Of a stretch of 64,000 nt of DNA, positions 28,052 to 39,647 are shown one piece after another (within the stretch, counting starts at the first letter, position 1; the number at the start of each line of letters is the position of its first letter). Below the pieces are notes generated by a model. It was not told where the DNA came from. It worked only from the letters and a program-made list of their open reading frames with translations, and did not search any database. Made by a program: the position numbers and the translations under genes. The stretch comes from an uncultured Candidatus Saccharibacteria bacterium (GTDB lineage Bacteria; Patescibacteriota; Minisyncoccia; Phycocordibacterales; CAYSCM01), in contig CAYSCM010000001.1 of the NCBI GenBank assembly GCA_964429815.1, forward strand, positions 288,001 through 352,000, written 5' to 3'.

Positions 28052-28543
28052 ATGAGAAAACCCTATCGCCGCGGCTTCACCCTCATCGAGCTCCTCGTGG
28101 TCATCGCCATCATCGGCATACTCTCCTCGGTCGTCCTTGCTTCGCTTTCGACCGCTCGTGCCAAGAGCCGTGATGCAGCACGTGTCGCATCGCTCAAGGA
28201 AATGGCGAAATCCATTGCGCTTGCGGACGCAGACCCCGCTCCTGCACTTACGACCTGCACGGCAGCCGGCGCCAAGGCGAACACCTGCAATGGTCCCTCA
28301 CCGGTCAACTTCGCAAGCTACTGCGACCCAACAGCCGGTTGTGGCGGCACAGCGTGTACGACGACCAATGGCTCGGCTTGTCAGTATGCGATAGGACTCT
28401 CCTCGGCAATTGGGACCGGTGGCGCGACCACGCAGAATTACCAAATATGTACGTGGCTTGAGACCGGGGCCGGCTCACTTACACAGGGTCCGGTGAGCGT
28501 GCGAAGCGACACAGGAGGTGGCGTCGTGCAAAATTGCATCTAA
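28052..28543 (+). CDS. type IV pilin paralog 2 (tandem duplicate with divergent C-terminus)
   Basis: Positions 28073-28395 are 100% identical to 27510-27832 and diverge afterwards. Own TATACT at 28040-28045. Confidence 0.8.
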   Translation: MRKPYRRGFTLIELLVVIAIIGILSSVVLASLSTARAKSRDAARVASLKEMAKSIALADADPAPALTTCTAAGAKANTCNGPSPVNFASYCDPTAGCGGTACTTTNGSACQYAIGLSSAIGTGGATTQNYQICTWLETGAGSLTQGPVSVRSDTGGGVVQNCI

Positions 28544-28593
28544 ATCCCCAAGTTCTTGGAATTTGTTGTCGGGAGTGGATATATACTTAGTGT

Positions 28594-29103
28594 ATGAAAG
28601 AGTGCATGAAAGAGAAGCGCGGCTTCACCCTCATCGAGCTCCTCGTGGTCATCGCCATCATCGGCATACTCTCCTCGGTCGTCCTTGCTTCGCTCCAAAC
28701 TGCGCGCGCCAAGAGCCGTGACGCTAAGCGCATATCCGACCTGCGCCAGGTACAACTTGCGCTCGAGCTCTACTATGACGTCAATCGGGCATATCCATCG
28801 GCCATCACGACGGCGACCCTCGTGACCCCCGGCTACATCCCTTCGATACCCACGGACCCGACGACAGGCGTTTCGTATAAGTATTCGGTGCGCAATGCCA
28901 CCTGCACCAGCTATCACCTCGGCGCGGACCTCGAACAGACGAGCAATATCGCGCTCAACAACGACTCCGACGCAACGGCCGTCGCCGCAACGAGCGCCAC
29001 GTGCCCCGACGCATCCGTGACGACGAGCGACTTCAGTGGTGGATTCCCGACATGCTCTGCGACCTCGGGTACTCCTGACGGTTGTTATGATCTAACGCCG
29101 TAG
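28594..29103 (+). CDS. type IV pilin paralog 3 (PulG/PilA-like)
   Basis: Shares the identical ~75-nt N-terminal coding block (GFTLIELLVVIAIIGILSSVVLASL). The rest is unrelated. Confidence 0.75.
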   Translation: MKECMKEKRGFTLIELLVVIAIIGILSSVVLASLQTARAKSRDAKRISDLRQVQLALELYYDVNRAYPSAITTATLVTPGYIPSIPTDPTTGVSYKYSVRNATCTSYHLGADLEQTSNIALNNDSDATAVAATSATCPDASVTTSDFSGGFPTCSATSGTPDGCYDLTP

Positions 29104-29169
29104 CGTGCAAGGGAAAACCCGCGCCCGCTCTCAGCGGGGCCCGGTTTCTTTCGCGTTATACTAAGATGA

Positions 29170-29946
29170 ATGGCTCTTATCGGTATTGGCGCGTTCATGC
29201 TCGGAACCATCATCGGCAGTTTCCTTAACGTCGTCGTCCTCCGGCTTGGCTCGGGGCGCTCCGTGACGGGGCGCAGCGCCTGCCTTTCCTGTGGGACGAC
29301 GCTTGAAGCCGTCGATCTCGTTCCTATCCTCTCCTATCTTTTTCTTCGCGGCCGGTGCCGTCGCTGCGGGAGTCGCATGTCAGCCCAGTACCCGCTCGTC
29401 GAGCTTGCGACCGGCATATTGTTTCTCCTCGTCGCACTCCTCCCTTTTTCGCCCTATGAGATGATCTATCTTGCTATCCTCGTGTCCCTTCTTGTCGCCA
29501 TTGCCGCCTATGACATCAGGCACAAAATAGTACCCGATGTGCTCGTCTATCCGTTTATCGCACTTGCCCTCCTCCATGCCGCATTCGCCGCGTTCATCTT
29601 CATTCCCGCCACACCCTTTGCTCTCTATGTAGTCTCCGGATTTTCCTTCGCGCTACCCCTTGTCCTTATCTGGTATCTTTCTCATGGCCGCGCGATGGGG
29701 CTAGGTGACGGGAAGCTCGCGCTCGGACTGGGCTTCATGCTCGGTCCCATCGGGACCATCTCGGCATTCGTCTTTTCATTTTGGAGCGGCGCGCTTGTTG
29801 GGGTTGCGCTCATCGCTATTCAGCGCGTTGCTTTGCGGGCGAGGGGCAAGGCTCTTACAATGAAAAGCGAGATTCCCTTCGCCCCCTTCCTCATCTTCGG
29901 GGCGATGCTCGTAAAGCTCCTGGGAGTCGAGCTGCCGCTTTTTTAA
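29170..29946 (+). CDS. pilD: prepilin peptidase (A24 family) PilD
   Basis: N-terminal CxxC...CxxC zinc motif, DIRH...GLGDGKL catalytic Asp boxes, polytopic membrane protein. Confidence 0.85.
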   Translation: MALIGIGAFMLGTIIGSFLNVVVLRLGSGRSVTGRSACLSCGTTLEAVDLVPILSYLFLRGRCRRCGSRMSAQYPLVELATGILFLLVALLPFSPYEMIYLAILVSLLVAIAAYDIRHKIVPDVLVYPFIALALLHAAFAAFIFIPATPFALYVVSGFSFALPLVLIWYLSHGRAMGLGDGKLALGLGFMLGPIGTISAFVFSFWSGALVGVALIAIQRVALRARGKALTMKSEIPFAPFLIFGAMLVKLLGVELPLF

Positions 29947-29956
29947 TCCCTACTCC

Positions 29957-30697
29957 ATGCACCCTAGAGACGACCACGCTCGATACCCTAAGGGCTTTAC
30001 GCTCGTGGAACTTCTCGTTACGGTCTCTATTCTCGTCGTCATCACTGCTATCATACTCGTGAGCCAAAACCGCTTTGGCGGTCAAATAACTCTCACGAAC
30101 CTTGCATACTCCCTGGCACTTTCCATTCGGCAAGCTCAAACGTACGGACTCGCTGTACGTGAGGTGAACTCCGGAAGCGGAAACTTCTCCGCTGCGTTCG
30201 GCGTCCACTTCGACCCCGCGACGCCGTCCCAGTACATCATCTTCGCGGATCTCGACGGCAACGGTCGCTACACAGACTCAAGCGAGAACTATTCGTTCAT
30301 CAGGATAACGAGCGGCGGCAAGATATCTTCCGTGTGCGGCGTGCTCGCCAATGCCACCAACAAGTGCAACCCCGACATTTCAACCCTCGATATCGTCTTC
30401 AAGCGCCCCAATCCCGACGCGCTCATCAAGAGTAATGTCCTCACCGACACCTATGGCGGCGCCAAAATAGTCCTCACCTCGCCGCAAGGGGATACCCGCT
30501 ACGTCTATGTTGCCGCGACCGGTCAGATCTCGGTCCAGCAGGCCGCCACGACGCTCTATACGCAGGCCTCCTACTATGCGCAGGGGTACTACCAGTCCTC
30601 CTACTACAGCCAGAGCTACTACCAGAGCACTTACTACAGCCAGGGCTACTACCAGAGTTACTACGAGAGTTCCTATCAACCCGGTTATGCATTCTAA
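29957..30697 (+). CDS. minor pilin/pseudopilin with Tyr/Ser/Gln-rich C-terminal repeat tail ending GYAF
   Basis: Prepilin N-terminus KGFTLVELLVTVSIL. C-terminal YYAQGYYQSSYYSQSYYQSTYYSQGYYQSYY...GYAF. Confidence 0.6.
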   Translation: MHPRDDHARYPKGFTLVELLVTVSILVVITAIILVSQNRFGGQITLTNLAYSLALSIRQAQTYGLAVREVNSGSGNFSAAFGVHFDPATPSQYIIFADLDGNGRYTDSSENYSFIRITSGGKISSVCGVLANATNKCNPDISTLDIVFKRPNPDALIKSNVLTDTYGGAKIVLTSPQGDTRYVYVAATGQISVQQAATTLYTQASYYAQGYYQSSYYSQSYYQSTYYSQGYYQSYYESSYQPGYAF

Positions 30698-30710
30698 GTA
30701 TTTCGCGACA

Positions 30711-31292
30711 ATGAAGAGGGACGAAAAGCTTCGCGACGGCGGCTTCACGCTCATCGAGATCCTTGTCGCCATCACCATTTTTGCAATCGTCATGATGATC
30801 GCGGTCGCAGCACTTCTTGCTCTCGTCGACGGCTCTCGAAAAGCGCAAGCGCTCGAGTCGGTCATGAACAACCTCAACTTTGCGCTCGAGAACATGACGC
30901 GCTCCATCCGCGTTGGGACGCTCTATCACTGTCAGACGACGAACACCCCCTCATCAAACCTTCAGACCCCTCAAGACTGCACGACCGGTGGCGTACTCCT
31001 CGCGTTCGAAGGGGCAACGGGGGATACAACCACGAACAGCGACCAGATCATTTACCGCCTTAATGGGGCTCAGCTTGAGCGCAGTACCGATGGCGGTGGC
31101 ACCTTCATTGCCATTACGGCTCCTGAAGTCAATATCCAAAGTTTTGCATTTTACGTGAGCGGCACCACACGGGGGGACGGACAGCAGCCCAGAGTCCTCA
31201 TGACCATACGCGGCATTGCCGGCGTCTCCCCGAAGGTACAAACTCCTTTCTATCTGGAGTCCATGGCTTCCCAGCGCCTTCTCGACCTTTAA
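30711..31292 (+). CDS. minor pilin/pseudopilin
   Basis: GGFTLIEILVAITIF prepilin motif. Start at ATG 30711 (an alternative is ATG 30687, which overlaps the preceding stop). Confidence 0.55.
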   Translation: MKRDEKLRDGGFTLIEILVAITIFAIVMMIAVAALLALVDGSRKAQALESVMNNLNFALENMTRSIRVGTLYHCQTTNTPSSNLQTPQDCTTGGVLLAFEGATGDTTTNSDQIIYRLNGAQLERSTDGGGTFIAITAPEVNIQSFAFYVSGTTRGDGQQPRVLMTIRGIAGVSPKVQTPFYLESMASQRLLDL

Positions 31293-31293
31293 T

Positions 31294-31911
31294 ATGGCCT
31301 CTTTCCAGAGAAAAACCGGATTTACCCTCATTGAGACGCTTGTCGCCATCTCAGTCCTTCTCGTGTCGATCGCGGGACCGCTCACCATCGCTTCTAAGAG
31401 CCTCACCTCCGCCCTTTTCGCCCGCGATCAGGTAACCTCTTTCTACCTCGCGCAAGAGGGCATCGAATTCGTCCGTAATTGGCGCGACAACAATGCGCTC
31501 GCGAGTGCGGCTTGGCTCACGGGGCTTAGCAACTGCATCTCACCGAATGTCTGTTCGGTCGATCCGAAAAATAACCTCATCGTTGCCTGCGCCGGAGGTG
31601 TGTGTCCCGCGCTCAAGTACGACAGTGCTTCCGGTTTTTACAACACTCAAACTGGTGCCAACTCTATATTTACCCGCACTATTAAGTTAACCCAGATAAC
31701 CGCCGATGAGTACGCGATTTCATCAAAAATTTCGTGGACCTCGGGGCTTTTTCCCAAGACCTTTCAGGTACGCGATAACATTTACAATTGGGCGGGCACC
31801 GCCGTCTACGCGCAAGGAGCCTACTACAGCCAAGGCACCTACTATAGCCAGGGCACTTACTACAGCCAGGGCTACTACCAGAGTACCTATCAGTCAGGGT
31901 ACGCGTTCTAA
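31294..31911 (+). CDS. minor pilin/pseudopilin with YYSQG-repeat tail ending GYAF
   Basis: TGFTLIETLVAISVLLV prepilin motif. C-terminal AQGAYYSQGTYYSQGTYYSQGYYQSTYQSGYAF. Confidence 0.55.
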   Translation: MASFQRKTGFTLIETLVAISVLLVSIAGPLTIASKSLTSALFARDQVTSFYLAQEGIEFVRNWRDNNALASAAWLTGLSNCISPNVCSVDPKNNLIVACAGGVCPALKYDSASGFYNTQTGANSIFTRTIKLTQITADEYAISSKISWTSGLFPKTFQVRDNIYNWAGTAVYAQGAYYSQGTYYSQGTYYSQGYYQSTYQSGYAF

Positions 31912-31917
31912 AATACC

Positions 31918-34454
<2,537 letters not shown>

Positions 34455-34498
34455 CGGCGGCGGTTCTGATTAGGTAGAGAAAGAAAGGGAGGCCCGCC

Positions 34499-34684
34499 AT
34501 GCATATGCGCGGATATGGATCTTCGGAGGGCGAAGTGAATATTCTCCTCCTGTACCTGCTCGTTGGGCTTGTTGCACTCATTCTGTGGGTTACGGCTCTC
34601 ACGGATAAGCTCCGTACTGGCCTGCGGGTAGTTGCCACTCGGGGCAAGAGACTCGTCGGTCGATTCGACACCCGAGACACTTGA
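34499..34684 (+). CDS. small membrane protein (61 aa)
   Basis: GGGAGG Shine-Dalgarno sequence 9 nt upstream. One transmembrane helix. Followed by a terminator. Confidence 0.3.
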   Translation: MHMRGYGSSEGEVNILLLYLLVGLVALILWVTALTDKLRTGLRVVATRGKRLVGRFDTRDT

Positions 34685-34694
34685 CAGGCTTCAT

Positions 34695-34726
34695 AGAGCT
34701 CCGCACTAGTGCGGAGCTCTTTGTTT
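34695..34726 (+). terminator. intrinsic terminator
   Basis: agagctccgcac-tag-tgcggagctct perfect hairpin followed by ttgttt. Confidence 0.5.
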
Positions 34727-34753
34727 CAGCTCTAAAAGTGCTAGCATAACGCT

Positions 34754-35041
34754 ATGTTCGGAACCGATGACGTTAAAAAGCTCGCCGCCCTCGCGCGCAT
34801 CGAGCTCGGGAAAGCCGAGACGGAAAAGCTCGCCAAGGAGCTTTCCTCCATAGTCTCTTTCGTCGACCAGGTGCAAAGGGCACCTACGGGCACTGAGGAA
34901 GACAAACCGTCGCTCCGCAACGTCATGCGTGACGACATCGATCCGTATCCGCGCGGAGCCTTTTCAGAGAAGCTCCTTTCCGCGGCCCCGAAGCGAGAGG
35001 GCAGGTATTTCAAGGTAAGGAAGATAATCACCCGCTCATGA
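34754..35041 (+). CDS. gatC: Asp/Glu-tRNA amidotransferase subunit C
   Basis: 95-aa GatC-like protein (VKKLA.LARIEL...). ATGA-coupled to gatA. Confidence 0.8.
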   Translation: MFGTDDVKKLAALARIELGKAETEKLAKELSSIVSFVDQVQRAPTGTEEDKPSLRNVMRDDIDPYPRGAFSEKLLSAAPKREGRYFKVRKIITRS

Positions 35042-36453
35042 AAGAATTACAAGGGCTTTCGCTTACCAAAGTCCGCGAGCTTCTCCATGCACGGGAAATT
35101 TCCTCGGAAGAACTCACCCGACAGCTCCTCGAAGTAGTCGAAAAAAGGAACGGACAGGTAAACGCATACCTGGAAGTATTTGATGACGCACTTGCGCAGG
35201 CGAAGGCCGCCGATGCGAGAATCGCTTCGGGAGAGAGCGGCGCGGTACTTGGGGTCCCGCTTGCGATAAAAGACAACATCCTCATCGAAGGGCGTCGTGT
35301 CGGGGCGGCATCGAAGATCCTCGAAGGCTATGTCGCAAGCTACGACGCGAGCGCGATAGGGAAACTCAGAGCTTCCGGAGCGGTATTTGTGGGCCGCACC
35401 AATATGGACGAATTCGCGATGGGCGGCTCAACGGAAAATTCCGCCTATGGCGCGACCAAAAATCCCCACGACGAAACTCGCGTAGCCGGCGGCTCTTCCG
35501 GAGGGTCCGCTGCAGCCGTCGCCATGGGCGGGGCGTGCGCCGCGCTTGGCTCAGATACGGGCGGCTCGGTGCGGCAGCCGAGCTCGTTTTGCGGGGTCGT
35601 GGGGCTCAAGCCGACCTATGGCGCCATTTCCCGCTATGGGCTTATCGCCATGGGCTCCTCGCTCGACCAGATCGGTCCGATAGGAAAAAGCGTTTCTGAT
35701 GTCCAGGTCCTTTTCGATGTCATGCGTGGTCGCGACAGTCTTGACTCGACCAACACGCCACCGGAGCTTTATCCAAAAGGCGGAAAGCCGATGACCATTG
35801 GAATCCCGTACCATTTTTTGGGAGAAGGAATGGAAACCGATGCACGTGCGGTGTTCGATTCCGCGGTCAAAAAAATGGAGAATGCCGGCTATAGGATTAA
35901 AGACATCAAACTCCCGAGCGTCACCTATGCGCTCCCGGTCTACTATATAGTGATGCCGGCCGAGGCGTCGACGAACCTTGCGCGCTTTGATGGCGTACGC
36001 TACGGGCTCCGCCGGGACGGGAAGGATATGCTCGACGAATATCTCAAGACCCGCGGCTTTGGGTTCGGCCCGGAAGTTCGGCGTCGCATCATTCTCGGGA
36101 CTTATGTTCTGTCGGCCGGCTATTACGATGCATACTATCGAAAAGCTGATGCACTCCGGCGCGTCATCGCAAGGGAGTATCAAAACGCATTTGAGGATGT
36201 CGACCTCATTGTGACGCCAACGACCCCGGGACCTTCCTTTAAGGTTGGGGCGAAACAGGACCCACTTTCTCTCTACCTCGAAGATATTTTTACCGTCCCC
36301 GCAAACCTCACAGGGCTTCCCGCTATGTCAGTGCCTTCCGGAGTAGTCTCCCGGGACGGCCAGGACGTGCCGCTTGGCATTCAATTCACGGCACCGCAGG
36401 GAGGAGAAGGATCTTTGTTTGCGGCCGGGATAGATTTTGAACAGGTCCGCTGA
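35038..36453 (+). CDS. gatA: Asp/Glu-tRNA amidotransferase subunit A (amidase)
   Basis: Amidase signature GGSSGGSAAAVA with the Ser-cisSer-Lys triad context. Confidence 0.9.
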   Translation: MKELQGLSLTKVRELLHAREISSEELTRQLLEVVEKRNGQVNAYLEVFDDALAQAKAADARIASGESGAVLGVPLAIKDNILIEGRRVGAASKILEGYVASYDASAIGKLRASGAVFVGRTNMDEFAMGGSTENSAYGATKNPHDETRVAGGSSGGSAAAVAMGGACAALGSDTGGSVRQPSSFCGVVGLKPTYGAISRYGLIAMGSSLDQIGPIGKSVSDVQVLFDVMRGRDSLDSTNTPPELYPKGGKPMTIGIPYHFLGEGMETDARAVFDSAVKKMENAGYRIKDIKLPSVTYALPVYYIVMPAEASTNLARFDGVRYGLRRDGKDMLDEYLKTRGFGFGPEVRRRIILGTYVLSAGYYDAYYRKADALRRVIAREYQNAFEDVDLIVTPTTPGPSFKVGAKQDPLSLYLEDIFTVPANLTGLPAMSVPSGVVSRDGQDVPLGIQFTAPQGGEGSLFAAGIDFEQVR

Positions 36454-36472
36454 AGACGGGTGCTTGGTGTCG

Positions 36473-36478
36473 TATACT
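36473..36478 (+). promoter_or_regulatory. -10 TATACT 10 nt upstream of ATG 36489
   Basis: cgTATACTagagagcgaa ATG. Confidence 0.35.
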
Positions 36479-36488
36479 AGAGAGCGAA

Positions 36489-37055
36489 ATGAATGAGATA
36501 ACGTTCCTCAATCTCGAGTATTTTTTTCTCCTGATTTACAACTTTTTTACGGGAGCGCATATCGTCGCCGCGCCCGAACACATTCGGGCCATTTGGAAGA
36601 CGTTTTCTTTTTTCTCCACGTTCATCAGCCTCCTTTTCCTTTCCGTCGCCATATATTCCTATGTGCGTCTGAGGGCCATCCGTCGGGATGAAGTGAAAAA
36701 GTATGGATACGTGCCCCTAGTCGAGTCTCCGCGGGAAAGGCACGACCCTCGTTGGCAACGGGTAGAGGCGCTCATGTCTTCGCTCAATGAGAACGACTGG
36801 CGCCAGGCCATCATCGAGGCGGATGTCATGCTCGACGATATGCTAAAAGGCATGGGCTACCCCGGCGATACGCTCGGGGAGCGGCTCAAGTCCATCGAAT
36901 CGAGCGATTTCGAAACCCTCAACGATGCATGGGAAGCGCACAAAATACGAAACGAGATAGCGCACGGCGGACTCGATTACCACCTCGACCGACGTCGCGC
37001 GCAGCACGCTGTCAACCTCTTCGGGAACGTGTTTCGTGCAAATTATTTGATATAG
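36489..37055 (+). CDS. membrane-anchored HEPN-type (DUF4145/Abi_C-like) protein
   Basis: Two N-terminal transmembrane helices. C-terminal Rx4H motif in HKIRNEIAHGG, typical of HEPN/DUF4145. Confidence 0.4.
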   Translation: MNEITFLNLEYFFLLIYNFFTGAHIVAAPEHIRAIWKTFSFFSTFISLLFLSVAIYSYVRLRAIRRDEVKKYGYVPLVESPRERHDPRWQRVEALMSSLNENDWRQAIIEADVMLDDMLKGMGYPGDTLGERLKSIESSDFETLNDAWEAHKIRNEIAHGGLDYHLDRRRAQHAVNLFGNVFRANYLI

Positions 37056-37060
37056 AAACC

Positions 37061-37190
37061 GGGGATTGGTCACACGTTTCGCTTCGCGAACTCGCGATCC
37101 CGCCCCACCGTCGCCTCACTCTCTCCGCAATCCAGAGAACAGAAAAGGACACGCAGAAGCGTGTCCTTTTCTGTTCTTGTTACACAGCTA
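37061..37190. repeat. R1 repeat family copy 1 (structured element with 19-bp hairpin 37136-37177)
   Basis: Shares ggggattggtcac...cgcgaa..cgcgatccc...ctctctccgcaatccagagaacagaaaag hairpin with copy 2. The hairpin differs by a compensatory G:C insertion. Confidence 0.5.
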
Positions 37191-37240
37191 GGACGATAGT
37201 GGCTCAAGATTTATAAGTTGGTTTTCCACACTTATGCTGC

Positions 37241-38080
37241 CTAGAAGTTTATATTTATGACGGTTCCGGCTACGTCTGAAATGTGGAAATAGGGTGGAGG
37301 TGATAAGGATTCAGAATTGAAAACGAAAGGATGTGAGGTTGTGGAAATACCGTCGCTTGCCTTGAAGGAGATCTGAAAAGTCGGGGTGTAGAATACTACA
37401 GTCGACATAAGATCACTTAATTTCGTTACCATCGGAACTAGATAATCATATATGCCGTCATGACCAACCGTTGCACTAATGGCTGTCATGTTTGGCGTCA
37501 ACGAAAAAGTAGAGGTTGCATTAGCAAAATGGTCATACGCGACGACCTGTATTGAACGGAAATCAATTGGAAAGGTAGTGTTCAAGGTAACCGAGCTGTT
37601 AGAAAGAACTGCGTAAATTACCTTTTTAGGAAGCACAGGAATTTGAGGACTTGCTACCGCTACTACAAGAGGCGGTGGGCCTTGTGGTGTAGGTGGTGGT
37701 GCCGGCTGGAACTCCTTTTTCTGCTGAGCAATTAACATATTCATCTTATTCTCTAAGTCCTGTATTGCGGCCGTTGTCGTGGGGGCGCTTTGACCGTCAG
37801 CACTTGTCGAAACCTGACTGATATGTTTCCGCGTAAGGGGACCGACATAACCCGACGCAGGAGAAATGCCCTCTTTAATTTGGAACGCGATTACAGCCCT
37901 CTTTGTCATAGGTCCGAAGAATGAAGTAATCGGTCCGGAATATACATTTTTTAATGTAAGAAATTGCTGAAGAGCAGCAACATCAGCACCTCTGATTCCT
38001 AGTGACAGGTTTCTATTGAAAGTAGCGTCAGCAAAAGCTACTAGAGGCAAAACTGCGAATACCAAAAGAAGTTTCTTCAT
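37241..38080 (-). CDS. secreted peptidoglycan-binding-domain protein
   Basis: Signal peptide MKKLLLVFAVLPLVAFA. PG_binding_1-like GIRGADVAALQQFL...GPMTKRAVIAFQ. Pro-rich linker. Low GC. Confidence 0.5.
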   Translation of the reverse strand: MKKLLLVFAVLPLVAFADATFNRNLSLGIRGADVAALQQFLTLKNVYSGPITSFFGPMTKRAVIAFQIKEGISPASGYVGPLTRKHISQVSTSADGQSAPTTTAAIQDLENKMNMLIAQQKKEFQPAPPPTPQGPPPLVVAVASPQIPVLPKKVIYAVLSNSSVTLNTTFPIDFRSIQVVAYDHFANATSTFSLTPNMTAISATVGHDGIYDYLVPMVTKLSDLMSTVVFYTPTFQISFKASDGISTTSHPFVFNSESLSPPPYFHISDVAGTVININF

Positions 38081-38159
38081 TGAATACAATATGCAACAAC
38101 TGGCGCCGTTAAGCAAAATTACTCGAATCCGTCAAAGTGTGAGATTTTGTTCATTGCGG

Positions 38160-38348
38160 GGTAATTGGTCACGGATATTTCGCTCGTCGTCGCTCGCGAA
38201 ATTCCGCGACCCCGGCTCGGCATCGAAATCCGCTGATTTCGATATGCCTGCGCCTTGCAATTCCCGCCGCGAGGCAAGTAGTTGCCTCGCTCTCTCCACA
38301 AACCAGAGAACAGAAAAGACACGCAAAAGCGTGTCTTTTCTGTTCTTG
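38160..38348. repeat. R1 repeat family copy 2 (hairpin 38307-38346), abutting the tRNA-Met 3' end
   Basis: Same head motif and hairpin as copy 1. Ends 1-2 nt from the tRNA 3' end. Confidence 0.5.
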
Positions 38349-38420
38349 TTGCGGGGGCGGGAATTGCACCCGCGACCTCAAGGTTATGAGCCTTGCGAGC
38401 TACTGCTGCTCCACCCCGCT
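38349..38420 (-). tRNA. tRNA-Met (anticodon CAT), initiator-like
   Basis: Near-identical architecture to E. coli tRNA-fMet (aGCGGGGUGGAGCAGC...CUCAUAAC...CCCCGCA A), with a 1:72 A-A mismatch. Confidence 0.75.
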
Positions 38421-38489
38421 ATGATGGGAGAAGTATAGCCAAAGGGGAGATTTATGCAAATAAAAAAGTAACCCGCTGGTGTATGCGGG

Positions 38490-38822
38490 TTACGAGGCTT
38501 TGCCGTTGTATTTCTTTCGGCCGCGCTTAAATTCTTTGAGCACTTCGTCAGAGATGAGGAGAAATTCCTTCTGCCCACCATCGTCCACGTGCTTTTTGCG
38601 CCGAATCGGAATTTTCATCCAAAGGGTCCTTGAGCGGGTGTAGAGGTAGATCACCTCTACGGGTCCCTCGTCGGAAAAGACGCCGACATCCTTTCGAGGA
38701 TCCTCCGGTCCAAAACCTTTCTTATAAATGTGCTGCGGTTCCTTGGGATCGTCGTTTTTCTCGATGTAGGGCATCCCATGCGGGATGTCGCGAAAGTGCA
38801 TGAGTCCCAATTTCATGACCAA
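38490..38822 (-). CDS. hypothetical protein
   Basis: ORF only. Confidence 0.25.
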   Translation of the reverse strand: MVMKLGLMHFRDIPHGMPYIEKNDDPKEPQHIYKKGFGPEDPRKDVGVFSDEGPVEVIYLYTRSRTLWMKIPIRRKKHVDDGGQKEFLLISDEVLKEFKRGRKKYNGKAS

Positions 38823-38979
38823 CCCCCTGTGCTCCTTTTTCCTACTTGATGATGTGATGGAAATAGAGTTGCGTCAACGAACAAAGCCCAATTCAAGTTT
38901 TTATTTTGCGTAACCTGGTGGACGCTGTTGGAACTAAAATACGTGAAAATCAGGAATGCATTTATATTCCCGATCTATC

Positions 38980-39261
38980 CTAAGAATCACCCTCAATCAT
39001 CTCGCCCACCAAAAAGTCGCAGCCATTAGGGCCGACGACTGCCGTGTGCTCCTTACTAGGTGGGACATCAAATCGGTCACCTTCTTTAAGGGTTACTTCT
39101 TCATCACCAAACTGAAACGTGAGTCCGCCGCCAAGTATGTACATGCTGACTTTGTCCTTGTGGACATGCGCCGGGTACTTCGTTCGTGCGTCATCATGCC
39201 ATTCATACACGTGAGGGAATCCTTCGTCAGCCAATTTGTGCTTCAATACCTCTTTATCCAT
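38980..39261 (-). CDS. cupin-domain protein
   Basis: Two His-containing cupin motifs (HVHKDK...; TFQFGDEEVTLKEGD). Confidence 0.5.
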   Translation of the reverse strand: MDKEVLKHKLADEGFPHVYEWHDDARTKYPAHVHKDKVSMYILGGGLTFQFGDEEVTLKEGDRFDVPPSKEHTAVVGPNGCDFLVGEMIEGDS

Positions 39262-39525
39262 AACTGAATTGTAACAAAAATGGACTATCTTTCGGATAGT
39301 CATTTTTCAACCAATCTACGATTATTTGCGCGGTGGACGGTAGCGTGGACCTGGTCAGGCATTCCATAATCGCCGTCGCGATTATGGCCGCACGACCCTG
39401 CCTCGCGGTTTCGCGTGCTGGCGAAACATCGCTCCGGCCTTCAAGTCCCGATGCCGCTTCGCGGCTTCTAAAATCCAAAACCCGCCGGAATAAATCCCGA
39501 CGGGTTTTGACTTAGCGCGGCGGAC

Positions 39526-39600
39526 GGGACTTGAACCCGCAACCTCCCGCGTGACAGGCGGGTGCTCTAACCAAGTTGAGCTACCACCGCATCTTTACGA
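39526..39600 (-). tRNA. tRNA-Asp (anticodon GTC)
   Basis: Acceptor gcggtgg/ccgccgc (one G-U), anticodon loop cuGUCac, T-loop ttcaagt. Confidence 0.8.
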
Positions 39601-39647
39601 TGCGAACGCAGACACTGTAGCAGAAAATGAAGGTCTTTCAAACGGTC

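Noticed and set aside
27470-28394. Duplicate small ORFs (27470..27745-, 28063..28308-, 27574..27831+, 28137..28394+)
   Set aside because: Identical pairs generated by the pilin tandem duplication in non-coding frames.
30380-30929. Minus-strand ORFs over the Tyr-rich repeat
   Set aside because: Alternative frames of the repetitive pilin tail. The repeat period creates long spurious ORFs in several frames.
38016-38438. 140-aa plus ORF
   Set aside because: Runs through the R1 repeat and the tRNA-Met gene.
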